Below, one piece after another: positions 1-12,869 of a DNA stretch of 64,000 nucleotides. Under the pieces are notes generated by a model that ran no database searches, was not told the origin of the DNA, and saw only the letters and a list, made by a program, of their open reading frames with translations. Position 1 is the first letter of the stretch. Every line of letters begins with the position of its first letter. The stretch spans positions 3,224,001 to 3,288,000 of the forward strand of contig JBHGNT010000004.1 in assembly GCA_043228905.1 (NCBI GenBank), given 5' to 3'. The position numbers were made by a program, and so were the translations under genes. This DNA is from Azolla caroliniana. Its lineage: Eukaryota; Plantae; Polypodiophyta.

Positions 1-274
1 TTAAAAGAAAAGGGAGTTTAGAGCTAAGGACACCTGAAGAAGACGAATGGAAGTCGGTCTGTTTGTGAGGTTCGTCAATGGCGGGAGTTTTTCCGCGATG
101 GGGAAGATGGTCAGGAAAGATTAAATCGGAGTCGACAACAGAGGAAAGGCGGGGAGATGATCACGCAGAAGATTATATACAGGAAATATGGAAAATCTCG
201 ATTAAAAAATAACGAGTAACGTAGGAAACGCAGACAAGAACCGAAAAGAATTAATTAATGGCTAATAATCTCAA

Positions 275-298
275 AACCCTAACCCTAACCCTAACCCC
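275..298 (+). repeat. Short telomere-like tract (AACCCT)x3-4 including a telo-box
   Basis: aaaaccctaaccctaaccctaacccc read directly. Confidence 0.7.
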
Positions 299-626
299 AT
301 TTCTAAAAGTATTACCTCTTTACAAAACGATTGTTACCGAAGTTACTCGCCAAAAAAATTGTCGTAGATAGTAGATATGTACATACAATAATCGATCATT
401 ACTCCGAGAAGTTGAATCCTATAGATAGGTCTTTTTTCGAAGCTTCATCGCTTATCGAAATTACTTCCATTTCTAAAAGTATTCCATTACTTCTTTACAA
501 AACGATCGTTACCGAAGTTACTCGCCAAAAAATTGTGATAGACAGTGGACACAATCGATTATTACTCCGAGAAGTTGAATCCTATAGATAGGTCTTTCGA
601 AGCTTAATCACTTATCGAAATTACTT
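297..626. repeat. Tandem duplication, 2 x ~165 bp
   Basis: Unit ccatttctaaaagtatt...cttatcgaaattactt at 297-466 and 467-626. Confidence 0.9.
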
Positions 627-1430
627 GGCATTAAAACTAAGGCAACACATATATCCTTCCTCCTTTTTTTTCAAAAAAAAAAAAAACTTCATTAGTAGAA
701 TTATGCATACATGACGAAATGACTAGACTAAAAACATTGCAGTGCTTGTAGCCATGATGACCTCGTAGACTCTAGAGTTTTCATTGATAATCCAAAAACA
801 TACACACAGATATCCATCTCATGTATTGAACTAACAAATGCACTTGATTGTCGCCTCCTGCTGCCTTAGCTGATTTCTTGAATCGGAGGAGAGCCATCAA
901 TATCCGTTCCCCCCACCACCACCACCCCCACCCCTTCTCTTGTACTGGCGCAATTTACCAAACCTTTGTGTATTTCGAGTAGGCAACTTCTAGTTTAATA
1001 TTACAATTTGCCACAAGCTTTCTAAATAAGAGAAACTCTATTTAGAATTTCTTTGGTGGGGAGGGGAGGGATGTGATTGATTCAATTGTCATATCATTGG
1101 CTTTGTTTGTTGTTTTGAAGCGGCGTTGATGGGAATGGAGGTGGAAGTGGAAATGGAGGTGCTCCATCGTGACTTGTTGCGTATTTCTGATATTTGCAGA
1201 ATATGTGATTTTCTTATAGAACCATCAATGTATGTCACTTACTAATTGATCCCATGGGGAGGGGAGGGGTGTGTGTAAGTGAATTTCTCGCCGATGATCA
1301 AGTGTTAAATATATTTATTAAAAATTGTTTTGCGTGCGAGAGATTCTAATAACCCCCACCTCGGTAATAATCACAAACCTTTGGACTTAGCCAATTTGTC
1401 TTTACACTTGGATAACGCAGAAAAATCAAG

Positions 1431-1799
1431 AGAAGTTCTTACAAATACATTCATTAATCAACTGGAATCACCTGCTGCGGCCTTTAATTGACTTAAACGG
1501 GTTGAGATACATACAATAAATTATATCCTCAACTATAGTCAAGATGATTGCTTAAACTAAAGAGTTCTGGAAAAAAAAATTGTACTAAATCAAGTTTCAA
1601 AATCTTTGTGGGAAGAGAAGTTCTTACAAATACATTCATTAATCAACTGGAATCACCTGTTGCGGCCTTTAATTGACTTAAATGGGTTGAGATACATACA
1701 ATAAATTATATCCTCAACTATAGTCGAGATGATTGCTTAAACTAAAGAGTTTTGGAAAAAAAAATTGTACTAGATCAAGTTTCAAAATCTTCGTGGGAA
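1431..1799. repeat. Tandem duplication, 2 x ~185 bp
   Basis: agaagttcttacaaatacattc...caaaatctt(t/c)gtgggaa at 1431-1615 and 1616-1799, near-identical. Confidence 0.92.
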
Positions 1800-2412
1800 C
1801 GTTTCACTGCAGAACTCAAGCGTAAACAAACAAATGTATTTCTTGACTTCATGAGACCTTAAAAATTCTTGCACAAGCCTTGCCATGACTATCTCAAGTT
1901 GTTGGTCACACGATGCCCCTCCTCTTGGCATTACAGTTTGGTTATCAAGACATCTTTATCATCACATTCCAATCGTGACTCGACATGTTGAGGTAAGCAT
2001 TTATAAAATTTACTCAGTCCAACAATTCTTTATCTAAACCAGCCTATGAAAATCCATTAGTAATCTTGTTAATGCATAATTCCAGAAGTTCTCAACCATC
2101 TTGCATCAATAACAACTTTGACTTAGACTTAGTGGATCTCTTTTACAAAGTTCAATGCATCATCGAAACAGAAACAAAATTAAAGAAATCATCAATAACC
2201 AATAATGGACAAACTTTCTCCAATCTAGAATACTCTAGTTTGTAAAGAACACTACAATCCCAATTAGACCAACTCAGATGTCTACATCAACTTATATTGT
2301 AGACCTCTCCATTTAAGGTCCTGAAAAACAGTATGTAAGAAAAAAGAAGCTTTGAAAATAAGTTTAATGTCAAAGGGGGAGACCAATAATTGTATAACAA
2401 AAATGTAAAAGA

Positions 2413-2956
2413 AGTTTAAAAGTTCATGTGTAAACTTGTGTACTTCTTCTTGTTATGTTTTTGAACTCTCTTGTTAGCATATCTTAATGCTTTCATGCTT
2501 ATTTAATTGTTGTATCATCATCTCCATGGACCACGAGCTCAAATGGAATCCTACTTCTAATGGTCAAGAGATGCAATGATTTGATTGGTAATTGCCTCTT
2601 TCGTGATTGCTTAATGTTGTTTGTATACTCTTGATTTTAGAGTAATTTAAGTTAAGTTTATGCATGTACTTCTACATTAAGTATGGGTATTTAAGTTTAA
2701 GATCAAGAGCCATTTAGAGAGTTTGCTAGCGAAACAAGGTGATTTGTTATACAGTCCAAGGTGGATTTATACCTACTTTTCTCTCGCCTCATTCGTAAAA
2801 GGGTGTATATTTGCCCAATCTTGCCAACAATCTAACACGAGGAGAAACATTGGTTAGTCGGGCCAAGTGACAAATACAAGGAATTTTCTCAAAGAGTTTG
2901 AGAAATCCATAAGTTCGGAACAAAAAATATTAATCTTTCAAGTTGGAGTACTTCAA
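2413..2956 (+). mobile_element. Dispersed repeat, probably decayed LTR-retrotransposon gag region; inverted copy at ~31326-32020
   Basis: Long colinear reverse-complement similarity (e.g. cattcgtaaaagggtgtatatttgcccaatcttg); frameshifted CCHC-like remnant near 2810-2850; protease-like remnant downstream of the hAT insertion. Confidence 0.55.
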
Positions 2957-3050
2957 AGACGAGGTTCACTTTTACATTGATTGGATAACCTAGGATGCTC
3001 ATTCCTCACATTGGATGTTGTAAACTACAATGATTGAAGACACTTGCAAC

Positions 3051-5738
3051 CAATGTTGGGCAAAGTCTCTAGCCCCTACCGGATTTTTTCCTGCTTCTCA
3101 TGAACCTAACCGGAATTTCAAAATTTCAGTCGGCCACGTTCCTACCAGCGACAATGTCAACCGAAACATGTTGAGATTTTTTTTTGGCCGCAGACCAAAT
3201 CAAAAAAATAAAATAGCGCAGTACCAAATTTACCAAAACATGTTCTTTGAAGCCTCTAGCACACACAAGTTTGTTCGATGTGCACAACAATGTAATGAAG
3301 TCATAAATGGATTATTTGACTTCAATCTTGTAGCAAACACATGTAGACATACGTACAACAATAGATGCTTTATCACTTCCAAACCCCATCATTTTTCTAA
3401 CATCTAAGTTCCACTTTTTTAACAATGCTAAAATGCTTTATGTTATTGTGTTCAATATACCATCCTCTAATTCAAGTACCCCCAAATAAGAGGTTCGTAC
3501 TTACCTTCCTTCCACAAATAAGAGGTTACGCTTACATCAGTAGCTTCATCTACTACAAGCCCAAACCAAGTACTTGTCCTCAACCTATCATATATCTTAG
3601 TTTTAAGAGCCTTGCTAATGTGCAAGATAAAGCTTGCACAAGCCTTATTATCGTTATACATTCATGGAAGGCCTTCCACACCACATTCTCTTAACAATCA
3701 TAAGAGGCTTTCCAAATTTCTAATTGTCAAATCCTCTTTAGCTATAAAATATGCACATTCAAACAAATTTTCAATTGCTACATCCACACTAGCTTTTTTC
3801 TTTGATGCACATTTTTCAAGACCATTCTTGTCTCATTCTTGTAACAAAATGGCATCTCGATGGGCCACACTTCTTGCATGTTCTTCTAATGTAGAAGTCT
3901 TAAAGTTTTTGGCACCTGTATTGCCAAATGAAGACTTACAATGAGGATCACTCCTACAATAACTACACCATAAAAGTCCAGTTTCCAAATCCTCTTGACG
4001 CCACTTAACATGATTTTGTACAAAGAGGACAAGGTGGGGTATGCAAATGGTGATGCAAGGGGTTGAGCTAGTTGCATGGGATTTTAGGTTTAATCTCAAC
4101 ATTAATGATGGCCCTTAGACGAGTGTCTTACAAAATTGTTTCATGCATAGTAAGTCGATTGCCAATAACTCTACAACATAAGGTCACTTCCCAATGAGAT
4201 ATAGCATTGGAGAGGGTTGTGGAGCATAACTTTAGAGAATTTCATGGGAAGTAAAAATGTTAAAAAGACATAACAACAAAATGTGTGAGTTCACATGGAT
4301 GCAAGATATACAAAAATGGTTTGGAAAATGATATGCACCGCATGTGAGAGCTTGAGAGAGATGTGGAGGCTCACCCTTCACACATTCATTGGTGAAAATC
4401 TTGAATGCCAAGAGTCACTAAGGAACTATGCACATGCTAAGTGCAAATGTGGCACCTTGGTTGCATAAACCATACTTCATATTATTAAACGAAACTTTTC
4501 GTATCAGTCTTTGAGAAGATTTTGTCAAGTGTCATCAACATATATATTTGTTCCACAATATTTAGTTAACATGGCTACACAATATTCATTGTAATGTTGG
4601 ATTATCTTGTATCTTGCCTTTGGCCACTTTAATTTTAATACTAATGGAGGATAGTTTTAAATTTAAAAAAAAAACACATATATATTTGTTCCATTGAATT
4701 TCCATTACATTCAGAGTAAGTTAAATGTATGACCCTATGAAACGTTTCGGCAAGCCTTTTTGTGAATAACCCAATTTGGGAGTACATAGAAATTTCCTAA
4801 GGTATTCAACATTAGTGAAGCTTCAAGACTTGGTAGGAGTATAAGGAACTTGGTCATTGACCTTCCAAGCGCAATTAAATGAACATTTTGTCATGAACAA
4901 TTGATCAATCAAACACTCTTGATATTGTCATTAAAGATAAATGTCCTCGCTACAAATTTTGTGCCATTCAAATTTGTACATATGTGATAACATGTTTAAT
5001 TCAGATGTTTTTTTCAACCATAATGGATTATTACAAACTAGGAACTAAAGAAAAATGCACAAAACAGTGTACTTTTAGAAATACTATTGAATTTCAATGT
5101 GTTTCTTTTGGTCTTAAAAAACCACATTCTCATTTTTTTGCCATATAGACAAATAAAGAACAAAGAACATATTCAAAGAAAGAGAAAAACAGATAAGAAA
5201 GAGAGAAAATAGAGAGAATTCATAAACAAAGAAAGAAAAGCGGACAAGATACGTACTTCAACGTGGTGGAATGGCGAACAACAAATGTCATGCAATTAAT
5301 CAGACGTGACAGGGAGCAGTGAATAGCGAGTGAGCAGGGAGGAGCAATCGGCAACAAGTGAGCAAGGAGGAGAAATCGACAATGAGCGAGCAAGGAGGAG
5401 CAATCAGCAACGAACGAGCAAGGAAAATCAAAGAATGGAGCAACGCGACGCGAAGTAGGAACATACAAGGAGCTGCGAGCAACACGAAGAGGGAAAGCAG
5501 TGATTCGTGAACAACACGAAAGAATGAAGAACAAGGGAAAAGAGGGGGAAAAGAAAAACTTACATACATACACAAAACGTTTTTCTAATCTATATAAATA
5601 GTCGGTTCATTGAACCGACTAGATTCTGACCAGTTGAAAACTTGGTCAGAATCAATTCTGGTTGTCTCTCATGGTGACCAGCAAAGTCCCAATTCAACCA
5701 GAAGGTCGACACTATTGTTGGGACTTTGCCCAACACTG
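3051..5738 (-). mobile_element. Non-autonomous hAT DNA transposon with TIRs and 8-bp TSD
   Basis: TIRs CAATGTTGGGCAAAGTC (from 3051) and GACTTTGCCCAACACTG (ending 5738); TSD CTTGCAAC at 3043-3050 and 5739-5746; internal transposase remnants. Confidence 0.93.
3245..4000 (-). pseudogene. Decayed ZNF862-like hAT transposase (N-terminal Zn finger and start of DDE domain)
   Basis: LLWCSYCRS...FKTSTLEEHARSVAH; WFGLVVDEATDVS; NPFMTSLHCCAHRTNL; broken by stops and frameshifts. Confidence 0.85.
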
Positions 5739-5746
5739 CTTGCAAC

Positions 5747-5867
5747 CACACCTTCTAGAGCTAATGAGACAATCTTCACGCTCCCTTTTACAATAGATGG
5801 TATGAGCACTCAAGCAATCCTCAACATAAGAGTAGTAGTGAGCATCATAAGTTATGGTGGTTGTTAG
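5747..5867 (+). pseudogene. Retrotransposon aspartic protease remnant
   Basis: IFTLPFTIDGMSTQAILNIRVVVSIIS; reverting four transitions gives AILDTGAVVSIIS. Confidence 0.6.
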
Positions 5868-5875
5868 ATATGGGG

Positions 5876-6429
5876 TAGTCCTTAGCAATGGGCCCGGTTT
5901 CAGCTCAAACCAAACCAAACCATTAAATCATGGTTTGACGGTTTATAGGTTCAAAGATAAATAAATAGTTTGGTTTGGTTCAGTTTTGGTTCAGTTTTGA
6001 ATTTCATGGTTTAGCAATTTATTGACTTATCGATTTCGGTTTATGTGGCTCGGTTTAAAGGTTTGTATGTTAAAAAATACTCATAAATTTTCCCTATGGG
6101 CTCTAACCTTCAACTTTTAATTTCAAACCCTAGTTTCAACTTATTAAATTTTATATGCATTATATCAAATTTATGGTAAGTTGATGATCAAATGTATGAT
6201 AAGTATAATGACCAAATTTATGATAAATAATTACAATATTTTTGACGATTTTCTCACACAAAATTATAATAAGTATGATAATTAATATCAATAAAAAATG
6301 GGTTGGTTTTTATTTATATTAACCGGTTTGGTTTGGTTCTAAATTTTTCGTAAACGGCTTCATAAATTTTAAACAATTGGTTTGGTTTAGTTTCAAGGCC
6401 AAGAAACTGAACTGAAGCTAGTAGTCCTA
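5876..6429. mobile_element. hAT-type MITE with 8-bp TSD
   Basis: TSD ATATGGGG at 5868-5875 and 6430-6437; TAG...CTA termini; many subterminal AAACC/GGTTT motifs; AT-rich core. Confidence 0.8.
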
Positions 6430-6479
6430 ATATGGGGAAGATCCGCATGGTCATTGTTTTGTTCTAGTATTTTTTAAAT

Positions 6480-9005
6480 TTATTTTTACCAGAAAAAAAT
6501 ATACTCCATTAGTTAAAATGTACACAACTTTGATCCCTTTATCGAGTAGTCCTTGCCTAAATTATCCTATAATTCATGACGATCTCACTTATTTATCTTA
6601 CACTTTCGCATGTGTCTTTAGCCAAACTTTCATACACATCACTTACATTCAATATCCCACATGTTATCTCGTTCACGACCCTCTTTCAACTAATGGGAGG
6701 GGCGAAACAACCATCAAAGTTACTACATACTACCATCATATATCCATTCCATTTGATGTAGTCATCGGTGTAGTACGATAACATTTTCTGAAATTCTGCC
6801 TCATTAGTTCTGACGCATCATCAGTTCTATCAAATCACTCATATTGTGCTCTCAATGTAGTTATTAGTGTGTGCCATATTAGCTTAATTGATTCAACTAG
6901 AGGCCGTTTGTTTGCCAAAAATACCCTGGTACACCTTGTCATCCATATGCACCATATGGTAATGGGTGCAAGCAACATCCATACATGTCCAAATTCTTGC
7001 TTCTGCACAATAATTGCAAGTACTCTATTGTCAATGATCAACTGAACAATTCCATTATCCCCCCTGTACATTGCTCTGCCTGTGTTATCATAATTCGCCA
7101 CATCATCCTCAAGACAATTCCAACAAGCATGTCCCTGGTTGAGGGTGAACGAGCTAGAGGCATGGCATAACAAAAATAATGCCCTTCCCCATAACATCTA
7201 CAATGGAAAATGTTTTTGAACAATCCACATGCAATACATCTAGGCTCTACATTGGGGCCTTTACCCCACGTCCCTACCAGCAAGGCTCTTTGTGCAATAA
7301 GCCATAAGCACATCATTATCTTGCAGTCATTATTGTCATGCCATATCATTTTCTAGATTTGATCTAACCTTCTTTCACTAATGACCGCCTATATCCAAAA
7401 TTTATGTGCTACAATCTTGTTGTGTTCTTGTTTTAGAAAAATTTGCCTCCCAAATTTCATGTTGTACCTGAAAATTTGAACCAACTTTGCACTGTCAATT
7501 TGTCCTTGAGTTCTCTAGAAATACATTGTTGGGTCCCATGGTAGTTGTTCTGAATGCCCTTCTATTTGCCAACACATTGTCGTCAGTGTGATCTTCCTTG
7601 GCTTAGGGTCAATCATCATATCCTTTCCATTTTTTGCAATTGGCCTTTTGCTTTGATAGGCTGGTTACTCGTGCACATTGTCATTCCATGCTCTATTTTG
7701 TAGTAGCATGCCTCATTAGATCACACTTTCATTCCTTTAATTCCAACTAGACAATTCTCATCGTCTATAAGTCCTGTCCATTCAGTTTCAACAGTAATTA
7801 TTTATTCATCTTCGAAGGTATGCATGTTCCATGCAATGGCATCTGTAATACTCTTGAGCATGCTTTTACCCCTGCTTATCCTCCATATTCTAGCCTTTTG
7901 AGTGCCCACATCAATAGACAAAAATCTCTTCCAGACCACTAATGCATTCCCTTGGGCATTGATTAAGTTGGCCCATTTGAAGCATACTTTTTGTCCTATC
8001 ATCAACCCATGCACATCTCTAATCAGTAGGTTCCACACAATTTGCATGTACATTCGGGCATATGCATCATTTCTTGACCTACATGTGATCCCCTTTATGA
8101 TTCTTTGCCCTGCTTTCATAATTCTAACAACACATAGACTATGCATACATCCCCAATATTTGGGTCGCATTTTAGCCACAAAACCCCAAAAGGGGCTACT
8201 TGCCCAACTTCCACCTTGTCTCGGCAGCCACATCTTCCATTTGCGTCTTCATAGAATTTTCCAAGTGCCTCAGGTGGTTGCAAGCTCCTGACCATCAATT
8301 TGCTTAGCAATGCCTTCGTTTGCACCACGAGATCTATCAATCCCACCCTGTCTTCACTTTTTCCTTTTATAAGTGTGGTCCAAGCAACCTTTGCACGAGC
8401 CTATTTTTCCTTCGTCCCCCCCATAAGAAATTTCTAATAATCCTTTTTATCAATTTCATCAACTTGGGCCATTACAATCTTATTTGCAATTTCCTAATAT
8501 TCCTTTTTATCAATTTCCAACATACAACAACATGCCATATAGTGGCCATTACAATTTGATTTGCAATCACAATCTTACTCACAAAGGATAGTTTTATTGC
8601 ATTCCACCATATTAACTTCTCTTTTATTTTGTACCCTAGTAAATTGTAGTGTTCTCGTCGATCGTTGTCCATATCAATTTTGAAGCCCAAGTATCTAATA
8701 ACTTCTCCTCTCCTCGACCATCTGAAATTGGGGCCTATTACTAATGCAAATGCCCACTGATTTATTCCACTATTATTTTAGCATTGGATCGCCTCCCGAA
8801 CTCATCAATTGCACTTTGCAATCTGCCAAGTTGTTTGCATCACCCTTGACATAAGTCTTCATGTCATCAAAATATGTCGTATCAAGCACCATTGTGTCAT
8901 CATCGGACAAGGGGAGGCCTTGTCATCGCCAATATCTATCAGCAATTTGATAATACAAAGCTTTTGCTACAATTATCATAGGTACAGGGCCAATGGGCAT
9001 CCTTT
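6480..9005 (-). mobile_element. Decayed 5'-truncated L1-like LINE (RT C-terminus plus zf-RVT-like region)
   Basis: GCPLALYL near 8990; IRYLGF...KLSFVSKIVIANQIVMATIWH; ARAKVAW...GLIDL; LWLIAQRALLVG...RCIACG; T-rich tail at ~6470-6490. Confidence 0.85.
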
Positions 9006-9250
9006 GTTTATTTATTTATTTAAGGAAGATACACCTTAGTATATTACTTGAAAAGTCTACATAACAAAAACAGAAGGAGACATTTCATCTCACTTCTTTT
9101 TGTAAGATACAAAAGCTAGTACATCTGATGATATAGATGATGTCATATACTGATCGTGACATCTTCAATTGCATCATCTTGTTTAACCTCAAAAAGTAAC
9201 GCTTGTTATTGCATGTCAAATGTGGGCTTGTGGATTTTGACTCTCAAATG

Positions 9251-9431
9251 CACCCAATTTGATTTGTAGAATGTTTTGTGTGATTGAACAACAAAAGATT
9301 TGCTAATTTGCCCAATTTGATTGGTGAAATAGGTGGAAAGTTTTGTGAATGAACAACAAAACATTTCTAATCTACCCAATTTGATTTGTCAAGTAGGTGG
9401 AAAGTTGTGTATGACTTAACAACAAAACATT
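9251..9431. repeat. Degenerate tandem repeat, 3 x ~60 bp
   Basis: Unit cccaatttgatt...aacaacaaaa repeated three times. Confidence 0.8.
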
Positions 9432-12020
9432 AGGCAATCTTTTTTTTTAATGTGCATCATTGTTAGTGGTGCTTGCATCTTGTGTTCTCTAAGTGACACT
9501 ACCTCACATATTAAGTCATTTGTCATGGTTCTCCATTTTGATGCATTGTTGGTTTATAATCAACACACTCAAATTAAATAGATCGAGATGCCATGTTTGT
9601 CATCATTATTTGTTGTAGGGGAACCACGCCCATGACGTTGCACGAAGCACTTCTAGTTTAATATGTGGTGATTTATGGATGCTTCAAGAGTTCACTAGGC
9701 ATATTGAAAGATCAAGGAATATTGAGCATACTATGGTAGATTCTACTACTATTGATATCATGCAATTAAATTAGAAAAATTCAAGATTCTCTACATTTTT
9801 AATTGTGTATTCGATACTAGTTGGTGCTAGATGATTAGCTTCTAGCTTACTTATATGTAATGCGGAGTTGTGTCTCTTATTGAACTTGGCCTTTCACTCA
9901 ATGCACCTCTTCGATGATATTCATTCTTATACTATTTTAATAACATTAGAGAGCATGCATATATTCTAGCAAACTTAGAGAAACGAAACACGTAAAATAG
10001 AGCAAGAAGTGATGTTGACATATGCAATATCTAACAAGAGAAACAAAGAAGTTCCACAAGCCAATAACAACGATGCCCAAACAATACAAATGGATGTTAA
10101 ATGTAAGAAACACAATATATATTTATGGGTGTCTTATATAATTATGTCGAAGTGTTCTAAAAACTTATATCTAATGGGTAAGAGAATCTAATGATTTTCA
10201 AACTCTTCACATATTACATATTGGACCGTTATTTTTCTTTGATTATCACCACAAAGTGTTATATTGTAGTTTGCACTTTTTTACAAGTTGCATCCTTTCT
10301 TATTATGAGACTTTACGTTCACATTGTCTTTTCACATTAAAATGCCTTATTGTTTAGATCGATGTGATGGGCGTGCTCTTTTTAATGTTTTAATATTACA
10401 TTTGTCACTTCTACATAATGAAATTCTATGATTTGGAGAGTGTGAATACTATTGATAGTAATGTAAAGACAAATGCAAACGGAATATGCATTCGTGTTGT
10501 TTAAGACAACATCATAAAAATAGATGAATTTCACACGGTAAATAATGTCATGCGTCATGAAGATATTAACATGTCCCAACCTCCTTGTTATGTTAGCTTG
10601 CTTGAAATTTGATCATATGTTAAGCGTCAAGAAATCCCTTAGTGGACTACGTTTTGTAGTACAACACTCATGCATCTCATATGCAGCATGCCTTTAAATG
10701 GTTAGGCTTTTGTTGTAGCATATATATTCGTCATCAATCTTGTCATATTCTCACGTTGCAATGAGCATATTATCTCATTGTTTTCAAACCATCACATATG
10801 ATACAATGTCAATCTTGAGCATATGTATTTGATGCCAAGGCTATGCACAATCAAATGAGGTCCTCACATATTTTCCTATCATACTCATTGTCATTACTTC
10901 CAAATATATTTAATGTGTAACTAGTATGTCTCGATATAGCTAATTATGACGATTAAGAAGTGCACATCCTAATTGCCTCTATTACATAGTCATCTTGCTC
11001 GTTTAACCAAATATTGTGTACATCTTTCATGCAAGACTGTAGGACATTATTCTGCAACAAAATTTACCATGATGTTTATATGTAAGTTGAAATGCGAATA
11101 TCTTTTGATAAGCATGTGCCAAAATTTTAAAATCATTCTTCACTTTGAGCAGTATTGCAATCGCATGAAAACTCGTATGTGGAATATTTAATAGATAATT
11201 CTTAGCTTGAAGCAACTCAATGTTGTTTTATGGTGTTTGAGGATTGCATTTGCAAAGTTTATTCGAGAAGATCAACCCCAAATGCTATCTAAAACAGTGA
11301 AACAAAACAATGTCAACATTAAACACACTCTTTCAGAAAGTATAGGCAATCCATACATCCAACAAAACATTCCCAAACCATACATGCATGCATCAATATC
11401 ATATCGGTATGGCATTAGCTTTCATAAGGTAAACAAACAACAATCCAACGCCTTTGAAGCATGGGTAGTGGAACAAGGGCAAACTAGGTATTTGAAGGCG
11501 TCGAGAGCACCATACACGAATCATTATCATGCTTTTAAGGGACACAAAGTAGAGGCAATACATGTATTCAAATGATGGTTTAATATCCTACACATTCGTT
11601 AGCATCAACTTTGTGCAAAATTAAATTTCCCTCATGCAAGGAAAGAAGAACATAATGTGGTCTTTGTGACAATTAGCGGAGTCAACCTAGGGTTGCAGGT
11701 GAAGAAATCACAAAGGTGTGGTATTTGTTCAATCTAGTAATACACGAAAAGCATCACAAAATCATGGAGGTTGGTTACCTCTAGACGAAGGTATGTGAAG
11801 TTGATATCAATATATACAAGCTCTTGGAAGCGAGACAAATTTGCAATATTCGTATGACATCGTTGGGGGGAGGGGGTTGAGGTTGTTCATTGTAAAGGCA
11901 CATGGTAGGTAGACAGAGGATGTCCCTTGAGGGCAACGACCATCCCTTGTCAGGCGAACACCGAAGAGATGATGCTTGCATAGAGTAGATGCAACCATTG
12001 CTCAAAAGGCACGCAAAGGG

Positions 12021-12166
12021 GACCACCTTCGTTGTGGAAGCAGCTCGGGCAAAGCCTGGAGAGCCAATAGTGGGTTCAGATCACAGACCCAACCCTTAGA
12101 GCCAATCCTTTTCGTGAAGTTACGAATCCGTTTTCGCCGACTTCTGTTACCTACGTTTTTCTATCG
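12021..12166 (-). pseudogene. Degenerate cytosolic LSU (25S/26S) rRNA fragment
   Basis: cccttagagccaatccttttcgtgaagttacgaatccgttttcgccgacttc and ggaagcagctcgggca resemble the antisense of conserved LSU rRNA sequence (recalled as CAGAGCCAATCCTTTTCCCGAAGTTACGGATCCATTTTGCCGACTTCC). Confidence 0.8.
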
Positions 12167-12214
12167 TAATGCCTCGGTGACATAATGTTGTGGAGGGGGA
12201 GGTGAACAACCCCT

Positions 12215-12359
12215 AGAGAGAAAGAGAGAGAGAGAGAGGATGTGTATACTCCGGGGAGAGTTTTTATACTGTAGGCTCTAGAGAGAGAGGGTGCGCTCTT
12301 TTTGGGACGGATTTGGTCGAGTTTAGAGAGAGCATGTGAACTCCCTCTTGGTAAACTCT

Positions 12360-12397
<38 letters not shown>

Positions 12398-12869
12398 AGA
12401 GAGAGAGAGGTGCTCCTTTCCGGACGCATTGCGTCGAGTCTAGAGAGAGGATGTCCGAAGAGAGAGGATGTGAACTCTCTCTCTGCCTTTTCGTTCTGTT
12501 TGTCGCACTCTCAGCTCCGTCTTTTTTTCCCGTCGCTCGCCAGATTCCGAAACCCTAACCCTAGAAACAAAAACAACACAGACTTCCATAGCTCACTGAT
12601 CTCCACCCGCTTACCTCAGTTTCTTCTCACACAGAGCACGTTGTTCTCCGCGGATCGGTTCGACATGGAAAGCTAGAATGCACGGTGAGAGGATGTGATT
12701 CCTCTTCTTCTTCACGAATGGAGTTTTGAGTAGGGTTTGCTGGAAACGGAAAAACCACCGAAGTAGAGAATCATACAAACAGAAAGTCAGACAAACACAG
12801 AAGCAGGGAGACACGCTAACAGAGAGAAACAGAGATAAATTAGGGTTGGGTTGAGGTGTGGAGGGGCAA
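12215..12869 (+). promoter_or_regulatory. Putative SNF4 promoter/5' leader with GA repeats, telo-boxes and three short uORFs
   Basis: (GA)n tracts 12215-12410; AAACCCTAA at 12550; TAGGGTTT at 12731; uORFs at 12665-12676, 12678-12698, 12718-12729. Confidence 0.55.

Noticed and set aside
9500-11800. Possible decayed transposase or gene
   Set aside because: No motif could be recognised with confidence
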